Notes: generated by a model not told the origin, from the sequence alone. A stretch of DNA of 54,126 nt from Oscillospiraceae bacterium (GCA_022768245.1 JALEMR010000068.1:1-54126); one strand, 5' to 3'. Shown: positions 7,416 through 17,520, counted from the first letter of the stretch. Made by a program: numbers and translations.

Positions 7416-9314
7416 ATGAAGATACAGACTCAGATACCCGTGACCGCATACAAGGCGGAAGGATTTATCGGAAAATATCAGCAGCTGGTCCGCGATACGG
7501 TGATACCCTATCAGCACAGCGTTTTGTGGGATAAGGCTCCCGATACGGAGAAAAGCCACGTCGCCGCAAACTTTATCAACGCGGGAAAAGCGCTCCGCGG
7601 CGAGGACACGGGCGACGGCTTCTACGGCATGGTCTTTCAGGACAGCGACGCCGCAAAATGGCTGGAAGCGGCAGCATATGCTCTTGCGGCAAAGCCCGAT
7701 GAAGCCCTCGAAAAGCAGGCGGACGAGCTTATTAACCTGATAGCCGCCGCTCAGGACAAGGACGGCTATCTTAACACATACTATACTATCAAGGACAAGG
7801 ACAAGCGCTGGACAAATCTCCTTGAAGGACATGAGCTGTACTGTTCGGGTCACATGATAGAAGCCGCCTGCGCATATTATGAAGCTGCGGGCAAGCGCAC
7901 TCTGCTGGATGTGGCTTCGAAAAATGCGGAGTGCATATATGACCGCTTCGTCACACAGAATGTGCGCGGCTGTCCCGGTCACCCCGAGATAGAGCTTGCC
8001 CTTATGAAGCTGTATCGTCTTACGGGAAACGAGCACTTCCTCACCCTCTGTAAGAGATTTATCGACGAGCGCGGCACCGACCCGTCATTCTTTGCAGATG
8101 AAGCCGAAAAGCGGGACTGGACGGTATGGGGCAGCGACCCCCGGGACAATGATTACCGCCAGAGCGGAAAGCCTGTCCGTCAGCAGTCCGAAGCGACAGG
8201 ACATGCGGTGCGCGCAGTCTACCTTTACACGGGCATGGCAGACCTTGCTTCCGAAACAGGCGACAGCGAGCTTCTCGAAGCCTGCCGCCGATTATGGGAC
8301 AACATCGTCCACAAAAAAATGTACATCACAGGCGGCATAGGCTCCACTGTTCTCGGAGAAGCCTTCACCGTAGATTACGACCTCCCCTCCGATACCGCCT
8401 ACGCCGAGACCTGCGCTTCGATAGGGCTGATGTTCTTCGCAGGCAGAATGCTCGAAAACGAGGTCAAGGGCGAATACGGCGATATCATGGAGCTTGCGTT
8501 CTACAATACCGTGCTTGCGGGAATGCAGCTGGACGGAAAGCGGTTCTTCTATGTAAATCCTCTTGAGATCGACCCGGGCATTTCGGGCGTGGCACGCACT
8601 CACACCCACGATCTTCCCGTTCGTCCGAAATGGTATGCCTGCGCCTGCTGTCCGCCCAATGCTGCAAGGCTGATAGGATCGATAGGAATGTATGCTTACG
8701 GCGAAAGCGCAGATACGGCATACTGTCATATGTTCGCATCGGGCAGCGTCCGCTTCGCAAACGGAATGGCTCTGGAATGTACCACGGACTATCCCTATGA
8801 TATGACCGTAAAGTACAATGTCAAGGGCAGCGGCAGACTTGCAGTCCGAATCCCCGCATGGAGCAGAAGCTATAGGGTGACCGTAAATGGCGCCGAGCTT
8901 TCGCAGGCTCCCGAGAACGGCTATGTTTACATTGATATCACTGACAATGCCGATATTGAGTTTGTTTTCGACGGAACGCCCTCATTTGTAAGAGCTTCAT
9001 GCAGAGTGCCGAGACTTGCGGGAATGACTGCGCTCATGAGGGGACCGCTGGTCTACTGCTTTGAGGGCGCCGACAACGGCAAGGTCAGCGAGCTGCGCAT
9101 CGACAGAAGCTGTACTCCCGTGGTCTGCGGATATGACTCCGAGCTTCTCGGCGGCACTGTAAAGGTGAAAGCAAAAGCTAAGCGCATCACCGACTGCGGC
9201 TCTCTTTATACTAGCGAGCCCGAACAGTCCACGCCCTGCGAAGCGATAGCCGTGCCCTATTACACATGGGGAAACCGCGGCGAAAATGAAATGCGTGTCT
9301 GGATGAACGTGTAA
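7416..9314 (+). CDS. Glycoside hydrolase family 127 (beta-L-arabinofuranosidase, HypBA1-like / DUF1680)
   Basis: The track ORF is 7386..9314. The ATG at 7416 follows AAAGGAGA. Length (about 630 aa) and motifs (GHELYCSGHMIEAA, C-x-C-CPPN cysteine cluster) fit GH127. Confidence 0.8.
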   Translation: MKIQTQIPVTAYKAEGFIGKYQQLVRDTVIPYQHSVLWDKAPDTEKSHVAANFINAGKALRGEDTGDGFYGMVFQDSDAAKWLEAAAYALAAKPDEALEKQADELINLIAAAQDKDGYLNTYYTIKDKDKRWTNLLEGHELYCSGHMIEAACAYYEAAGKRTLLDVASKNAECIYDRFVTQNVRGCPGHPEIELALMKLYRLTGNEHFLTLCKRFIDERGTDPSFFADEAEKRDWTVWGSDPRDNDYRQSGKPVRQQSEATGHAVRAVYLYTGMADLASETGDSELLEACRRLWDNIVHKKMYITGGIGSTVLGEAFTVDYDLPSDTAYAETCASIGLMFFAGRMLENEVKGEYGDIMELAFYNTVLAGMQLDGKRFFYVNPLEIDPGISGVARTHTHDLPVRPKWYACACCPPNAARLIGSIGMYAYGESADTAYCHMFASGSVRFANGMALECTTDYPYDMTVKYNVKGSGRLAVRIPAWSRSYRVTVNGAELSQAPENGYVYIDITDNADIEFVFDGTPSFVRASCRVPRLAGMTALMRGPLVYCFEGADNGKVSELRIDRSCTPVVCGYDSELLGGTVKVKAKAKRITDCGSLYTSEPEQSTPCEAIAVPYYTWGNRGENEMRVWMNV

Positions 9315-9326
9315 AAAAATACAAAA

Positions 9327-9354
9327 CAGCGCACAAGCTTTGTGCGGTATTGCC
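9327..9354. repeat. Palindromic element copy B, inverted relative to copy C
   Basis: cagcgcacaagctttgtgcggtattgcc. Its reverse complement matches copy C (10413..10443) at about 25 of 27 positions. Confidence 0.5.
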
Positions 9355-9389
9355 CATCAAAACCCGAGGAGCCTTATACATCCCTTAAA

Positions 9390-9418
9390 ATCGGGTACTC
9401 CGAATACCCGATTTTTTT
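9390..9418 (+). terminator. rho-independent terminator downstream of GH127
   Basis: atcgggta-ctccgaa-tacccgat hairpin followed by TTTTTTT. Confidence 0.6.
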
Positions 9419-9451
9419 CATTAAAAACTGAAACGTATCTCAACGCCCTTT

Positions 9452-9907
9452 TCATTTGAAAGGAAAATCTTGTCGATCATCAGCATAGCAAGCTGATTTT
9501 TCTCTTCGACGGTAAGCTCGTCCCACCTGTTTAATGGTTCTATCAAAGGCTTTGTGTTCACCTTTTTGATTTTGCGTTCCGGGAAGTCCTGCCGCAATAA
9601 TAACGCTTCCCTCGGTCACATTATCTCTTGCAAGCTCCTTGGCGGTGCAGAAAAGCGTGAGACTGTAATAGTCCTCGTCCTGCGTCTTGTCGCTGATGAC
9701 CTCCTTGTGTCCCTGACCGATAACATAGCAGCTGCCGTTGTACTGTATCACATTGGCAGTGGTTATGGGCTTGGTATCAAACCTTGAAACCGATGTGGGT
9801 GTGCAGGTGCTTACTGTCTTTATATTGCCATTGCCAGTGTCGGCGGCAATTATGCAGATACCATTACAATTGATGAATACTCTGCCGACAGACCAAGAGA
9901 TATTCAT
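9452..9907 (-). pseudogene. Truncated, frameshifted ParM/StbA-like actin-fold segregation ATPase (plasmid or integrative-element remnant)
   Basis: The N-terminus ...ICIIAADTGNGNIKTV... and ...VIIAAGLPGTQNQ... match about 130 aa of a ParM N-terminal half. The reading frame then breaks. A different frame carries an unrelated C-terminal peptide (...WDELTVEEKNQLAMLMIDKIFLSNEKGVEIRFSF*). No room remains for a full-length gene before GH127. Confidence 0.4.
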
Positions 9908-10175
9908 ATTTACTACAAGTTGCTGGACAAGCCGTTGAAAGACAAGCGCAGGCTTGATACAGCTATAATAAAATAAACCGCTTCGTTAGGCGGTTTTCAT
10001 TAAATCTATTTTGTGTGTCCTTTTTGGAGATTGAATACTTTGCAGATCTATGCTCATACCTTTCAATCGGCACAGGCAGCTGCAATGGAGGCTGTAGCAG
10101 AAGCTCTTCCTCTTAAATAGGCTTTGGTCTTTATCATACCCTATGTAAAGACCAAACAAAGACCAAAATGAAATT

Positions 10176-10224
10176 TTTGAAAAAATAGAGCCCCGTAAAC
10201 AACGTATATACGTCGTTTACGGGG
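10176..10224 (-). terminator. rho-independent terminator downstream of tRNA-Leu
   Basis: A 14-bp hairpin ccccgtaaacaacg / cgtcgtttacgggg with loop tatata is followed on the minus strand by CTCTATTTTTTC. Confidence 0.55.
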
Positions 10225-10231
10225 CATAGAT

Positions 10232-10318
10232 TGGTGCCGCTGACCGGACTTGAACCGGTACGCTTTTAAGGGCGAGGGATTTTAAGTCCCTTGTGTCTGC
10301 CGATTCCACCACAGCGGC
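10232..10318 (-). tRNA. tRNA-Leu (anticodon UAA), class II with a long variable arm
   Basis: Minus-strand sequence GCCGCTGTGGTGGAATCGGCAGACACAAGGGACTTAAAATCCCTCGCCCTTAAAAGCGTACCGGTTCAAGTCCGGTCAGCGGCACCA. The acceptor stem is 7 bp. The anticodon stem AGGGA/TCCCT carries loop CTTAAAA. The T-loop is TTCAAGT and the CCA end is encoded. Confidence 0.85.
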
Positions 10319-10412
10319 TTGGCATTTAACATATTCTATTATATCACAAAATATGAATTTGTCAATACCAAGAAATGATTTTTTTACTTTATTTTCATTT
10401 TTTCTTTAATTT

Positions 10413-10443
10413 TTAAGGCAACACCGCACAAAGCTTGTGCGCA
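10413..10443. repeat. Palindromic element copy C
   Basis: ttaaggcaacaccgcacaaagcttgtgcg. Its left flank matches copy A. The palindrome contains AAGCTT. Confidence 0.5.
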
Positions 10444-10486
10444 AGATGCGTCGTCAGATTTTTCGCAGTGATTTCTGACTGTTGGC

Positions 10487-13102
10487 TCAATACTCGATAA
10501 CATCAACCGCAAACCGTCCGCTTGTCACCGCTATTCTGACAGTATGCTCTCCGTCGGGAACGTTCGCACTGTAGAAGCACTGCCGCGCATTTACTCCCTC
10601 GGTCTTGGCAGACTCGAACAGCTCCCCGTCAATATACACATCAAAGCCGCATTCGGGTGTTTTTCCGATAAGTGCAAAATGTCCGCCCTCAAAGCTGAAC
10701 TCCATTGTCTTTTCCTCGGGACTTTCCTCGGTAATGTCCGCCTTTGAACGGGTGCGGTTGAAGTGGATATACTCATCGGGAACGGTCCTGTCCCATCCGC
10801 CGCTGTAGACTATCGAAGCGTCATGGTCGTCCACCCTTGTAACTATGGGCTTATATCCCTCAGCGGGAGCAATTTTCAGGTTATCGAAAACATTGTTGTA
10901 AAGTCCGCTGCCTATCGAAACACGTCCCGAATGAGCATAGCCCGACTCATCGTCAAATGCGGCTATCTCCGCGCAGTCCAGCTCTGCCGAGATATGCTTC
11001 CCCGCAGCGGTGAGCTTTATCGTATGCCATACCGACGGGTCAAAGCCGTCAATATTCCCATTCAGCACAGTATCGGCGTTCTTCTTCAGCTCATAATATC
11101 CGTCGGGATATATCTTCAGACTGTAGCCGTTTTCCGCAGACCGGGGATCCAGCTCCGCAGTGAGATACCGCACTCCGAAGGAAACATAGTTGTCCGACTT
11201 GTCGCCGTCAAACTTAAAATCTATCTCTGCGGAATAGTTGGACCAGCGGTCGTCGCCGAGAGATGTTATCGGATCGGGAGTACCTCTGAAACGCCAGTCA
11301 GTGGGCTTGTTATCGGCGTTTATCATCTGCATGAGGACCTTTCCCCCGTCGATCTCCGCAACCTCGAATGCTCCGCCGTAATCGGTGGTATAAAGGGGCG
11401 CATTTCCTCTTGCGGAGAGAAAATCATCGGAATACTCAAAATCGTCCGAGTAGTTTATGTCAAGGGGAATATCCTCATAGCTGCATTTATAGACCGACGT
11501 ATCCGCTGACTTGTCCAGAGTTGTGACGGTCACTATCGAATAAGGCTTGACCTCGATGGAATATGCATACTTTCCGTCTGTTTCAACAGGCTGATAGGTG
11601 CCGATATTCTTGAAGTAGTTCTCGTCGTAAGCCTGTCCCTCGTCGGGGCCTCTTGTTTCCCAGATGGTAATGGGAGCGTCGGCAAGCTTCATATTCTCAA
11701 GAGTAAAGGTGTAATTGCGCTGTTTCTCGCTGTCGTTGCAGATGATTATGGAATAATCGCCCGTTTCGGTATCGGTAACTGTCATATAATTGTTGGTGGT
11801 GTCGGATATGGAATGATTTTCCTTGCCGTCGCCGTAGCACGCGCTGTCGATATATCTCCAGCCGTTCCCGATAAAGTGGGTGAAATGAGCGGAGGTCCAT
11901 ATTCCGCAGTCCGCTTCATAATATCCGCTCCAGGGGTTTTGTGCGTTTATCAGCGATTTCGGGAAGAATTTCGCTCCCGAATAATATGCGGCAACTGCGG
12001 GCTGATACTCATACATTGTCATTCTGCCGTTGTAATAGCCGTTGATCATGCGGTTGCATACGTCAAGGGCTCCGTTGGTGCCGTTGATGCCGCTGCCATT
12101 GCTTGTGACCGCAAGGCGCGCGATATTGGCGGAGGACACTCCCTCGGTATACCATATCTCCTTGCCATAGTCCTTGTTGAGCCTTTTGGCATTGTCGCTC
12201 GCCCATGTGTTGTAATGCTCGCCCAGAATATCCACGGCGTCACGGAGCGCTTCATTGTTCGTCATTTCGTCGGCTATCTTCCATGAGCCCAACTCGTCGG
12301 ACGCTACTATCTTTATTGCGCCGTAGTCATAGCGCTCGTCGGTCTCGTTTTTAAGACGGTCGGCGAAGTAGATTATCCAGTCGGTATCTATCACGTCCGC
12401 TTCGTTAGCGTCGGCGCTGATATGAGTGAACTTCATTCCGTATGTATCATAAGCTCCGTCAATGGCAGCCTTATACCATTTATAGCGCGCCTCGAAGCCT
12501 GCCTCCTGCGACTCATCAAAGGCATCGGTCACCCATTTGGGCTCGCCCCAGCGGAGCAGGTCAACTGTGATATCGGGGTTGATCGACAGTGCGTCCGCTG
12601 CAAACATAAAGCCCGCTCCCCTTGTGACGTCCGCTTCTTCATCGGCGGAGCGCATTATGGATGGCTCCGTTCCCGACGAGGAATTCACATCGGTGCCGAA
12701 CTCTATCTTCACATGAGTAAGTCCTGCGCCGTAATCGGGCTTGAACAGCAGCTCCATTATCTCCCGGTAAGCGTCGGGATTCTGCGTTTTGTAGTCCATC
12801 AGCAGACGGGAGGAATTGTTTCCCGTTACCACGCCCAGTCCGCGGTAAACGGTGCCCTCGTCCATATTGACGGTATCCCCGTCCACAGTTATCGCCTTAT
12901 AGGACTTATCCACCGAAGCAAGGGGTATCTCCTTAACAGGCTCTGTTCCGGTTACTTTCTCCTCGGTCTGCATAGCTGTTCCCTCCGTTTCCGATGCTGT
13001 CTGACCGCTGTCCGAGCTGTCCGAGCAGCCCGTAAAAACGCAGGACAGCATCGCCGCCGAAACTGCGGCTGATATGATCTTTCTGACATTCATCGGCTTC
13101 AT
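10487..13102 (-). CDS. Clan GH-A glycoside hydrolase (GH30/GH59-like) lipoprotein with C-terminal lectin-like (concanavalin/LamG-type) domains
   Basis: The signal peptide plus lipobox is MKPMNVRKIISAAVSAAMLSCVFTGC. The catalytic region (...GLTHVKIEFGTDVNSSSGTEPS...IWYTEGVSS...) resembles GH30/GH59 TIM-barrel enzymes. The C-terminal roughly 350 aa has a beta-sandwich character. Confidence 0.65.
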   Translation of the reverse strand: MKPMNVRKIISAAVSAAMLSCVFTGCSDSSDSGQTASETEGTAMQTEEKVTGTEPVKEIPLASVDKSYKAITVDGDTVNMDEGTVYRGLGVVTGNNSSRLLMDYKTQNPDAYREIMELLFKPDYGAGLTHVKIEFGTDVNSSSGTEPSIMRSADEEADVTRGAGFMFAADALSINPDITVDLLRWGEPKWVTDAFDESQEAGFEARYKWYKAAIDGAYDTYGMKFTHISADANEADVIDTDWIIYFADRLKNETDERYDYGAIKIVASDELGSWKIADEMTNNEALRDAVDILGEHYNTWASDNAKRLNKDYGKEIWYTEGVSSANIARLAVTSNGSGINGTNGALDVCNRMINGYYNGRMTMYEYQPAVAAYYSGAKFFPKSLINAQNPWSGYYEADCGIWTSAHFTHFIGNGWRYIDSACYGDGKENHSISDTTNNYMTVTDTETGDYSIIICNDSEKQRNYTFTLENMKLADAPITIWETRGPDEGQAYDENYFKNIGTYQPVETDGKYAYSIEVKPYSIVTVTTLDKSADTSVYKCSYEDIPLDINYSDDFEYSDDFLSARGNAPLYTTDYGGAFEVAEIDGGKVLMQMINADNKPTDWRFRGTPDPITSLGDDRWSNYSAEIDFKFDGDKSDNYVSFGVRYLTAELDPRSAENGYSLKIYPDGYYELKKNADTVLNGNIDGFDPSVWHTIKLTAAGKHISAELDCAEIAAFDDESGYAHSGRVSIGSGLYNNVFDNLKIAPAEGYKPIVTRVDDHDASIVYSGGWDRTVPDEYIHFNRTRSKADITEESPEEKTMEFSFEGGHFALIGKTPECGFDVYIDGELFESAKTEGVNARQCFYSANVPDGEHTVRIAVTSGRFAVDVIEY

Positions 13103-13241
13103 CTCCGTAATAGTATTACTTACGATATTTTAGCCTATTACAGAGATGATCGCATTATATAATCTGCTGTTTTTTATAGAAAATCTGCTGTTTTTATTGA
13201 ATATTTTTTTCACATGATATATAATGTATCAGGGTGATAAA

Positions 13242-14036
13242 ATGGCAATAACAGAACACGCGGGATATTATGAAAATCCCATATACAATGTAAGTCACGT
13301 CCACACCTCCTGCGAGATAATGCATGTCATCAGCGGGAGGGTGCATATTGCGGCGGGAAATGAGTCCGCAGTGCTCACAGACGGCGATTCCGCCCTGATA
13401 AAAAGCAGACAGCACCACGACGTGACCATTGATATGAACATGGAATACAAGCGCTATATCACGGTGATAAATCCATGGGAGCTGAAAAAGCAGCTGGTCC
13501 GTCCCGACCTTTTCTCAATGCTCACCGACATAAGCAAAAGCGGCATCATCGTTCTGAAAAACAGACCCGACCTTCTGACGGTCTTTGAGAAAATGGAGAC
13601 TATTTTCCAAAGCGGCGGGAATATCTACTCCGAGCTGGGCGCGGCTCTGGAGATAGTTTCGGGATTTTACGATGTGATACGTCCGCGGGATGAAAAGGCG
13701 GCGGACCGTTCGGGGCATATCCTCTCCGAAAAGGTCAGGGCATACATCGAGCAGAACTACGCCGATTCCATAAAAATATCAGATATCGCCGCGGATAATT
13801 TCATAAGCGAGGGCTATCTCGCCCATGCCTTCAAAGCGGAAACGGGCATGTCTCCGAGGGAATATCTGTCCCACATACGCTGTGCGAGGGCATGCGAGCT
13901 CATCAGACACACCTCCATGAAATTCTCCGACATCGCCGCAAACACGGGATTTTGCAGTCAGAGCGACATGTGCAGGAAGCTGCGGGAATACTGCGGGACA
14001 ACTCCCACAAAGCTGCGGTTTGACGTAAAACAGTAA
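13242..14036 (+). CDS. AraC-family transcriptional regulator (cupin plus HTH), divergent from the GH30/59-like gene
   Basis: The track ORF is 13224..14036. The ATG at 13242 follows GGGTGA. The C-terminal AraC HTH reads ...ISDIAADNFISEGYLAHAFKAETGMSPREYLSHIRCARACELI... Confidence 0.8.
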   Translation: MAITEHAGYYENPIYNVSHVHTSCEIMHVISGRVHIAAGNESAVLTDGDSALIKSRQHHDVTIDMNMEYKRYITVINPWELKKQLVRPDLFSMLTDISKSGIIVLKNRPDLLTVFEKMETIFQSGGNIYSELGAALEIVSGFYDVIRPRDEKAADRSGHILSEKVRAYIEQNYADSIKISDIAADNFISEGYLAHAFKAETGMSPREYLSHIRCARACELIRHTSMKFSDIAANTGFCSQSDMCRKLREYCGTTPTKLRFDVKQ

Positions 14037-14081
14037 AAAGCACACATATGGCTCCATATGTGTGCATCATCGTTCATCTGT

Positions 14082-14351
14082 TCAGGCTTTTACAGTGCAG
14101 ATATAATCCTCGGCGATCTCCTCTATATTTTCGGGGAGGACGGCGTTTTCCGCAAATTCCGAATTCATTTTAAGTACATATTCTTTGTTGTCCGCTATAT
14201 CATTAAATATCTTCCGACACGCCCTGCCGTCCTGCATATATTCAAGCTCAATACCATATGACGCAGGCTTCCCGCTGTGTTCCTCAAATGCACGATAGGA
14301 CAGCAAGCCGTTTATTGTTTTAATCTCATCGATTATCATGATCTCTTTCAT
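14082..14351 (-). CDS. Small acidic hypothetical protein
   Basis: The track ORF is 14082..14372. The ATG at 14351 follows GGGAGGG at good spacing (MKEIMIIDEIK...). No recognisable domain. Confidence 0.4.
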   Translation of the reverse strand: MKEIMIIDEIKTINGLLSYRAFEEHSGKPASYGIELEYMQDGRACRKIFNDIADNKEYVLKMNSEFAENAVLPENIEEIAEDYICTVKA

Positions 14352-14639
14352 GAAAATATCCCTCCCTTGCAATTATAATTTTACACACTTATCTCCAAAT
14401 CGTCAATGTGCAAATTACACAAATAATAGATAAATTCGACATAATTATTTGTTATTCTGCAAGAAAAGAGGTTTTCTCCGATTTTTTTGTCGGGGATATC
14501 GGTCTCATGCCACGAGCAGTCTGACTGAACCTTACATCAATTGTAGCATGAATAGTCCGAAAAGTCAAGCGTTTCGGGCTCTCATCAATGATATCGGCAC
14601 AGACAGCTCCGCTTTTTTAATTTAACAATTTCCGTATTT

Positions 14640-14670
14640 ACAAACCCGAAAATTTGTGATATAATATATA
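14640..14670 (+). promoter_or_regulatory. Putative sigma-A promoter of lepA
   Basis: TTACAA, a 16-17 nt spacer, then TGtgaTATAAT upstream of the TTG start. Confidence 0.4.
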
Positions 14671-14707
14671 ATGCCTGAAATTATGTAAACGAAAAGGACG
14701 TGTTAAT

Positions 14708-16516
14708 TTGTCTTATAACAAGGAAAATATCAGAAATTTCTGCATCATTGCACATATAGACCACGGAAAATCTACCCTCGCCGACCGTATCCTCGAACAA
14801 ACCTCCACCGTCGCAAAGCGTGATATGGAGGACCAGCTCCTCGACAACATGGACATCGAGCGCGAAAGAGGCATCACCATAAAGGCTCGTGCAGTACGTC
14901 TCCTCTACACAGCCGACAACGGTCAGGAGTACGTTTTCAATCTTATCGACACTCCTGGGCATGTTGACTTCAACTATGAGGTCTCCCGCTCCCTGGCAGC
15001 CTGCGAGGGTGCCGTCCTCATCGTGGATGCTTCTCAGGGCATCGAAGCACAGACTCTGGCAAACACTTACCTTGCCATGGAACACGACCTTGAAGTCGTG
15101 CCCGTTATCAACAAGATAGACCTGCCCTCCGCCGAGCCGGAGCGCGTCGCCGAGGAAGTGGAAAATGTCATCGGCATTCCCTGCATGGACGCTCCCCGCA
15201 TCTCCGCAAAGCTGGGCACCAATATCCACGCAGTCCTTGAAATGATAGCAAACGATATCCCCGCTCCCAAGGGCGATACAGACAAACCCCTTAAGGCACT
15301 TATCTTCGACAGCTACTACGATTCCTACAAGGGCGTCATCATCTATGTCCGCGTGGTGGACGGCGAGGTGAAAACAGGCGATACTATTCATCTTATGGCA
15401 AGCGGCGCGGATTTTACCGTCGTTGAAGCAGGCTACATGAACGCCACCGACCTTGTCAACAACAACGGTCTTAAGGCAGGCGAGGTAGGATATATCGCAG
15501 CTTCGATAAAATCCATCGGAGACACAAAGGTGGGCGATACCGTCACAAATGCGGAAAACCCCTGCGATGAGGCTCTCCCCGGCTATCGCGAGGTAAATCC
15601 CATGGTATTCTCGGGTATATATCCCGCGGACGGCGCAAAGTACAACGATCTCCGCGACGCTCTGGAAAAGCTTCAGCTCAACGATGCTTCCCTGTCCTTT
15701 ACCCCCGAGACCTCCACTGCGCTGGGCTTCGGCTTCCGCTGCGGATTTCTCGGACTGCTCCACATGGAGATCATTCAGGAGCGCTTAGAGCGGGAGTATA
15801 ATCTCGACCTTATCACCACCGCGCCTTCGGTTATATACAAAGTCAATCTCACGAACGGCGAGACCAAGTACATCTCCAACCCCACCGAATATCCCGACCC
15901 GGGCAGCATTTCCTCCGCCGAGGAGCCTATGGTCAAGGCTAATATCCTCACTCCCTCGGACTATGTGGGCAATATCATGGAGCTCTGTCAGGAGCGCCGC
16001 GGCATCTTCAAGAACATGACCTATCTCGACACCACACGCACCGAGCTCCACTACGAGCTGCCGCTCAACGAGATAATCTACGACTTCTTCGACGCGCTCA
16101 AATCCCGCACAAAGGGCTATGCTTCCTTCGATTACGAGCTTATCGGATATGCTCCCTCGAAGCTTGTGAAGCTGGATATCCTTCTTAACGGCGAGACCGT
16201 GGATGCGCTGTCCTTCATCGTCCACACCGACAAGGCTTACGCCCGTGCAAGAAAAATTGCCGAGAAGCTTAAGGAGAACATTCCCCGTCAGCTCTTTGAG
16301 GTGCCTATCCAGGCGGCTGTGGGCGGAAAGGTCATCGCCCGTGAGACCGTCAAGGCTATGCGCAAGGACGTCCTCGCCAAGTGCTACGGCGGCGATATCA
16401 CACGTAAGAAAAAGCTCCTTGAAAAGCAGAAGGAGGGCAAGAAGCGCATGCGCCAGTTAGGCTCCGTAGAGGTGCCTCAGGAGGCGTTCATGGCTGTGCT
16501 CAAGCTGGACGAATAG
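14708..16516 (+). CDS. lepA: Elongation factor 4 (LepA), translational GTPase
   Basis: It has a TTG start. [21 protein letters not shown] is the G1 motif, DTPGHVDF the G2/G3 motif, and the C-terminal LepA-specific domain is present. It is 602 aa. Confidence 0.95.
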   Translation: MSYNKENIRNFCIIAHIDHGKSTLADRILEQTSTVAKRDMEDQLLDNMDIERERGITIKARAVRLLYTADNGQEYVFNLIDTPGHVDFNYEVSRSLAACEGAVLIVDASQGIEAQTLANTYLAMEHDLEVVPVINKIDLPSAEPERVAEEVENVIGIPCMDAPRISAKLGTNIHAVLEMIANDIPAPKGDTDKPLKALIFDSYYDSYKGVIIYVRVVDGEVKTGDTIHLMASGADFTVVEAGYMNATDLVNNNGLKAGEVGYIAASIKSIGDTKVGDTVTNAENPCDEALPGYREVNPMVFSGIYPADGAKYNDLRDALEKLQLNDASLSFTPETSTALGFGFRCGFLGLLHMEIIQERLEREYNLDLITTAPSVIYKVNLTNGETKYISNPTEYPDPGSISSAEEPMVKANILTPSDYVGNIMELCQERRGIFKNMTYLDTTRTELHYELPLNEIIYDFFDALKSRTKGYASFDYELIGYAPSKLVKLDILLNGETVDALSFIVHTDKAYARARKIAEKLKENIPRQLFEVPIQAAVGGKVIARETVKAMRKDVLAKCYGGDITRKKKLLEKQKEGKKRMRQLGSVEVPQEAFMAVLKLDE

Positions 16517-16526
16517 GAGGCTCTTC

Positions 16527-17483
16527 GTGAGATCATACACTATCAACAAAAACGACAGCGGTCAGCGGGCGGACAAATTCGTCATGAAGGCCGTCCCTCT
16601 TCTGCCCCAGACTCTTATGTACAAATACTTCCGCACCAAGCGGATAAAGCTCAACCGAAAAAAATGCGAGATATCCACCCGTCTTAACGAGGGCGATATC
16701 TTAGAGCTTTACATCGGCGACGAGTTCTTCGGCAACAGTTCGGAAAGCCCGGAGTATGACTTTCTGTCCGCGCCTTCGGCGGTGGATATCGTCTATGAGG
16801 ACGATAATATCCTGCTGGTCAACAAAAAATGCGGGCTGGTAGTCCACGAGGACGACGGCGGCACAACGGATACTCTTATCAAACGCATTCAGCACTATCT
16901 CTACGACAAGGGCGAGTATTCCCCCGATAAGGAAAACAGCTTCGCTCCGTCGCTCTGCAACCGTCTCGACCGCAATACCGAGGGAATCGTCATCGCAGCA
17001 AAAACTGCGGAGGCGCTGCGGATACTCAACGAGAAGATACGCGCCCGCGAGATAGAAAAGCGGTATCTGTGCGTCTGCGTGGGACGTCCTCCCAAAGACG
17101 AGGACACTCTCACCGCATATCTGTTCAAGGACAGTAAGACCAACACCGTTACGGTCAGCGATAAAAAATCCCCCGAAAACCGTACGATAATCACAAAATA
17201 CAAGGTCATCCGCTCAAACGGAAGGCTTTCTCTGCTGGAAATAGAGCTGCTTACGGGCAGGACTCATCAGATAAGAGCGCATATGGCTCACATCGGCTGT
17301 CCCCTGCTGGGCGACGGCAAGTACGGCAGCAACCGCGTCAACCGCGAATACGGCATAAAAACACAGGCGCTCTGCTCCTACAAGCTGAAATTTGCCTTTA
17401 AGACCGACGCGGGGGCTCTTAACTACCTGGACGGAAGGGAGTTTTCCGTTCCGCATGTATGGTTTTCTGACAAATTTGTGTAA
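16527..17483 (+). CDS. RluA-family pseudouridine synthase
   Basis: GTG start after AGGAGG. An S4-like N-terminus is followed by LVNKKCGLVVHEDDGG and the conserved HQIRAH...G.P..GD.KYG. Confidence 0.85.
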   Translation: MRSYTINKNDSGQRADKFVMKAVPLLPQTLMYKYFRTKRIKLNRKKCEISTRLNEGDILELYIGDEFFGNSSESPEYDFLSAPSAVDIVYEDDNILLVNKKCGLVVHEDDGGTTDTLIKRIQHYLYDKGEYSPDKENSFAPSLCNRLDRNTEGIVIAAKTAEALRILNEKIRAREIEKRYLCVCVGRPPKDEDTLTAYLFKDSKTNTVTVSDKKSPENRTIITKYKVIRSNGRLSLLEIELLTGRTHQIRAHMAHIGCPLLGDGKYGSNRVNREYGIKTQALCSYKLKFAFKTDAGALNYLDGREFSVPHVWFSDKFV

Positions 17484-17520
17484 AAAAACATAAAAAATCG
17501 TGTAAATTTCATGAAAGCCC

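Noticed and set aside
10232-10318. Whether the tRNA-like mini-helix at 2863..2904 is a direct repeat of this tRNA-Leu 3' end
   Set aside because: The sequences differ: the tRNA-Leu T-arm and acceptor are accggTTCAAGTccggtcagcggc, whereas the fragment is gcaggTTCGAATcctgctccgata. The fragment must derive from a different tRNA or be fortuitous.
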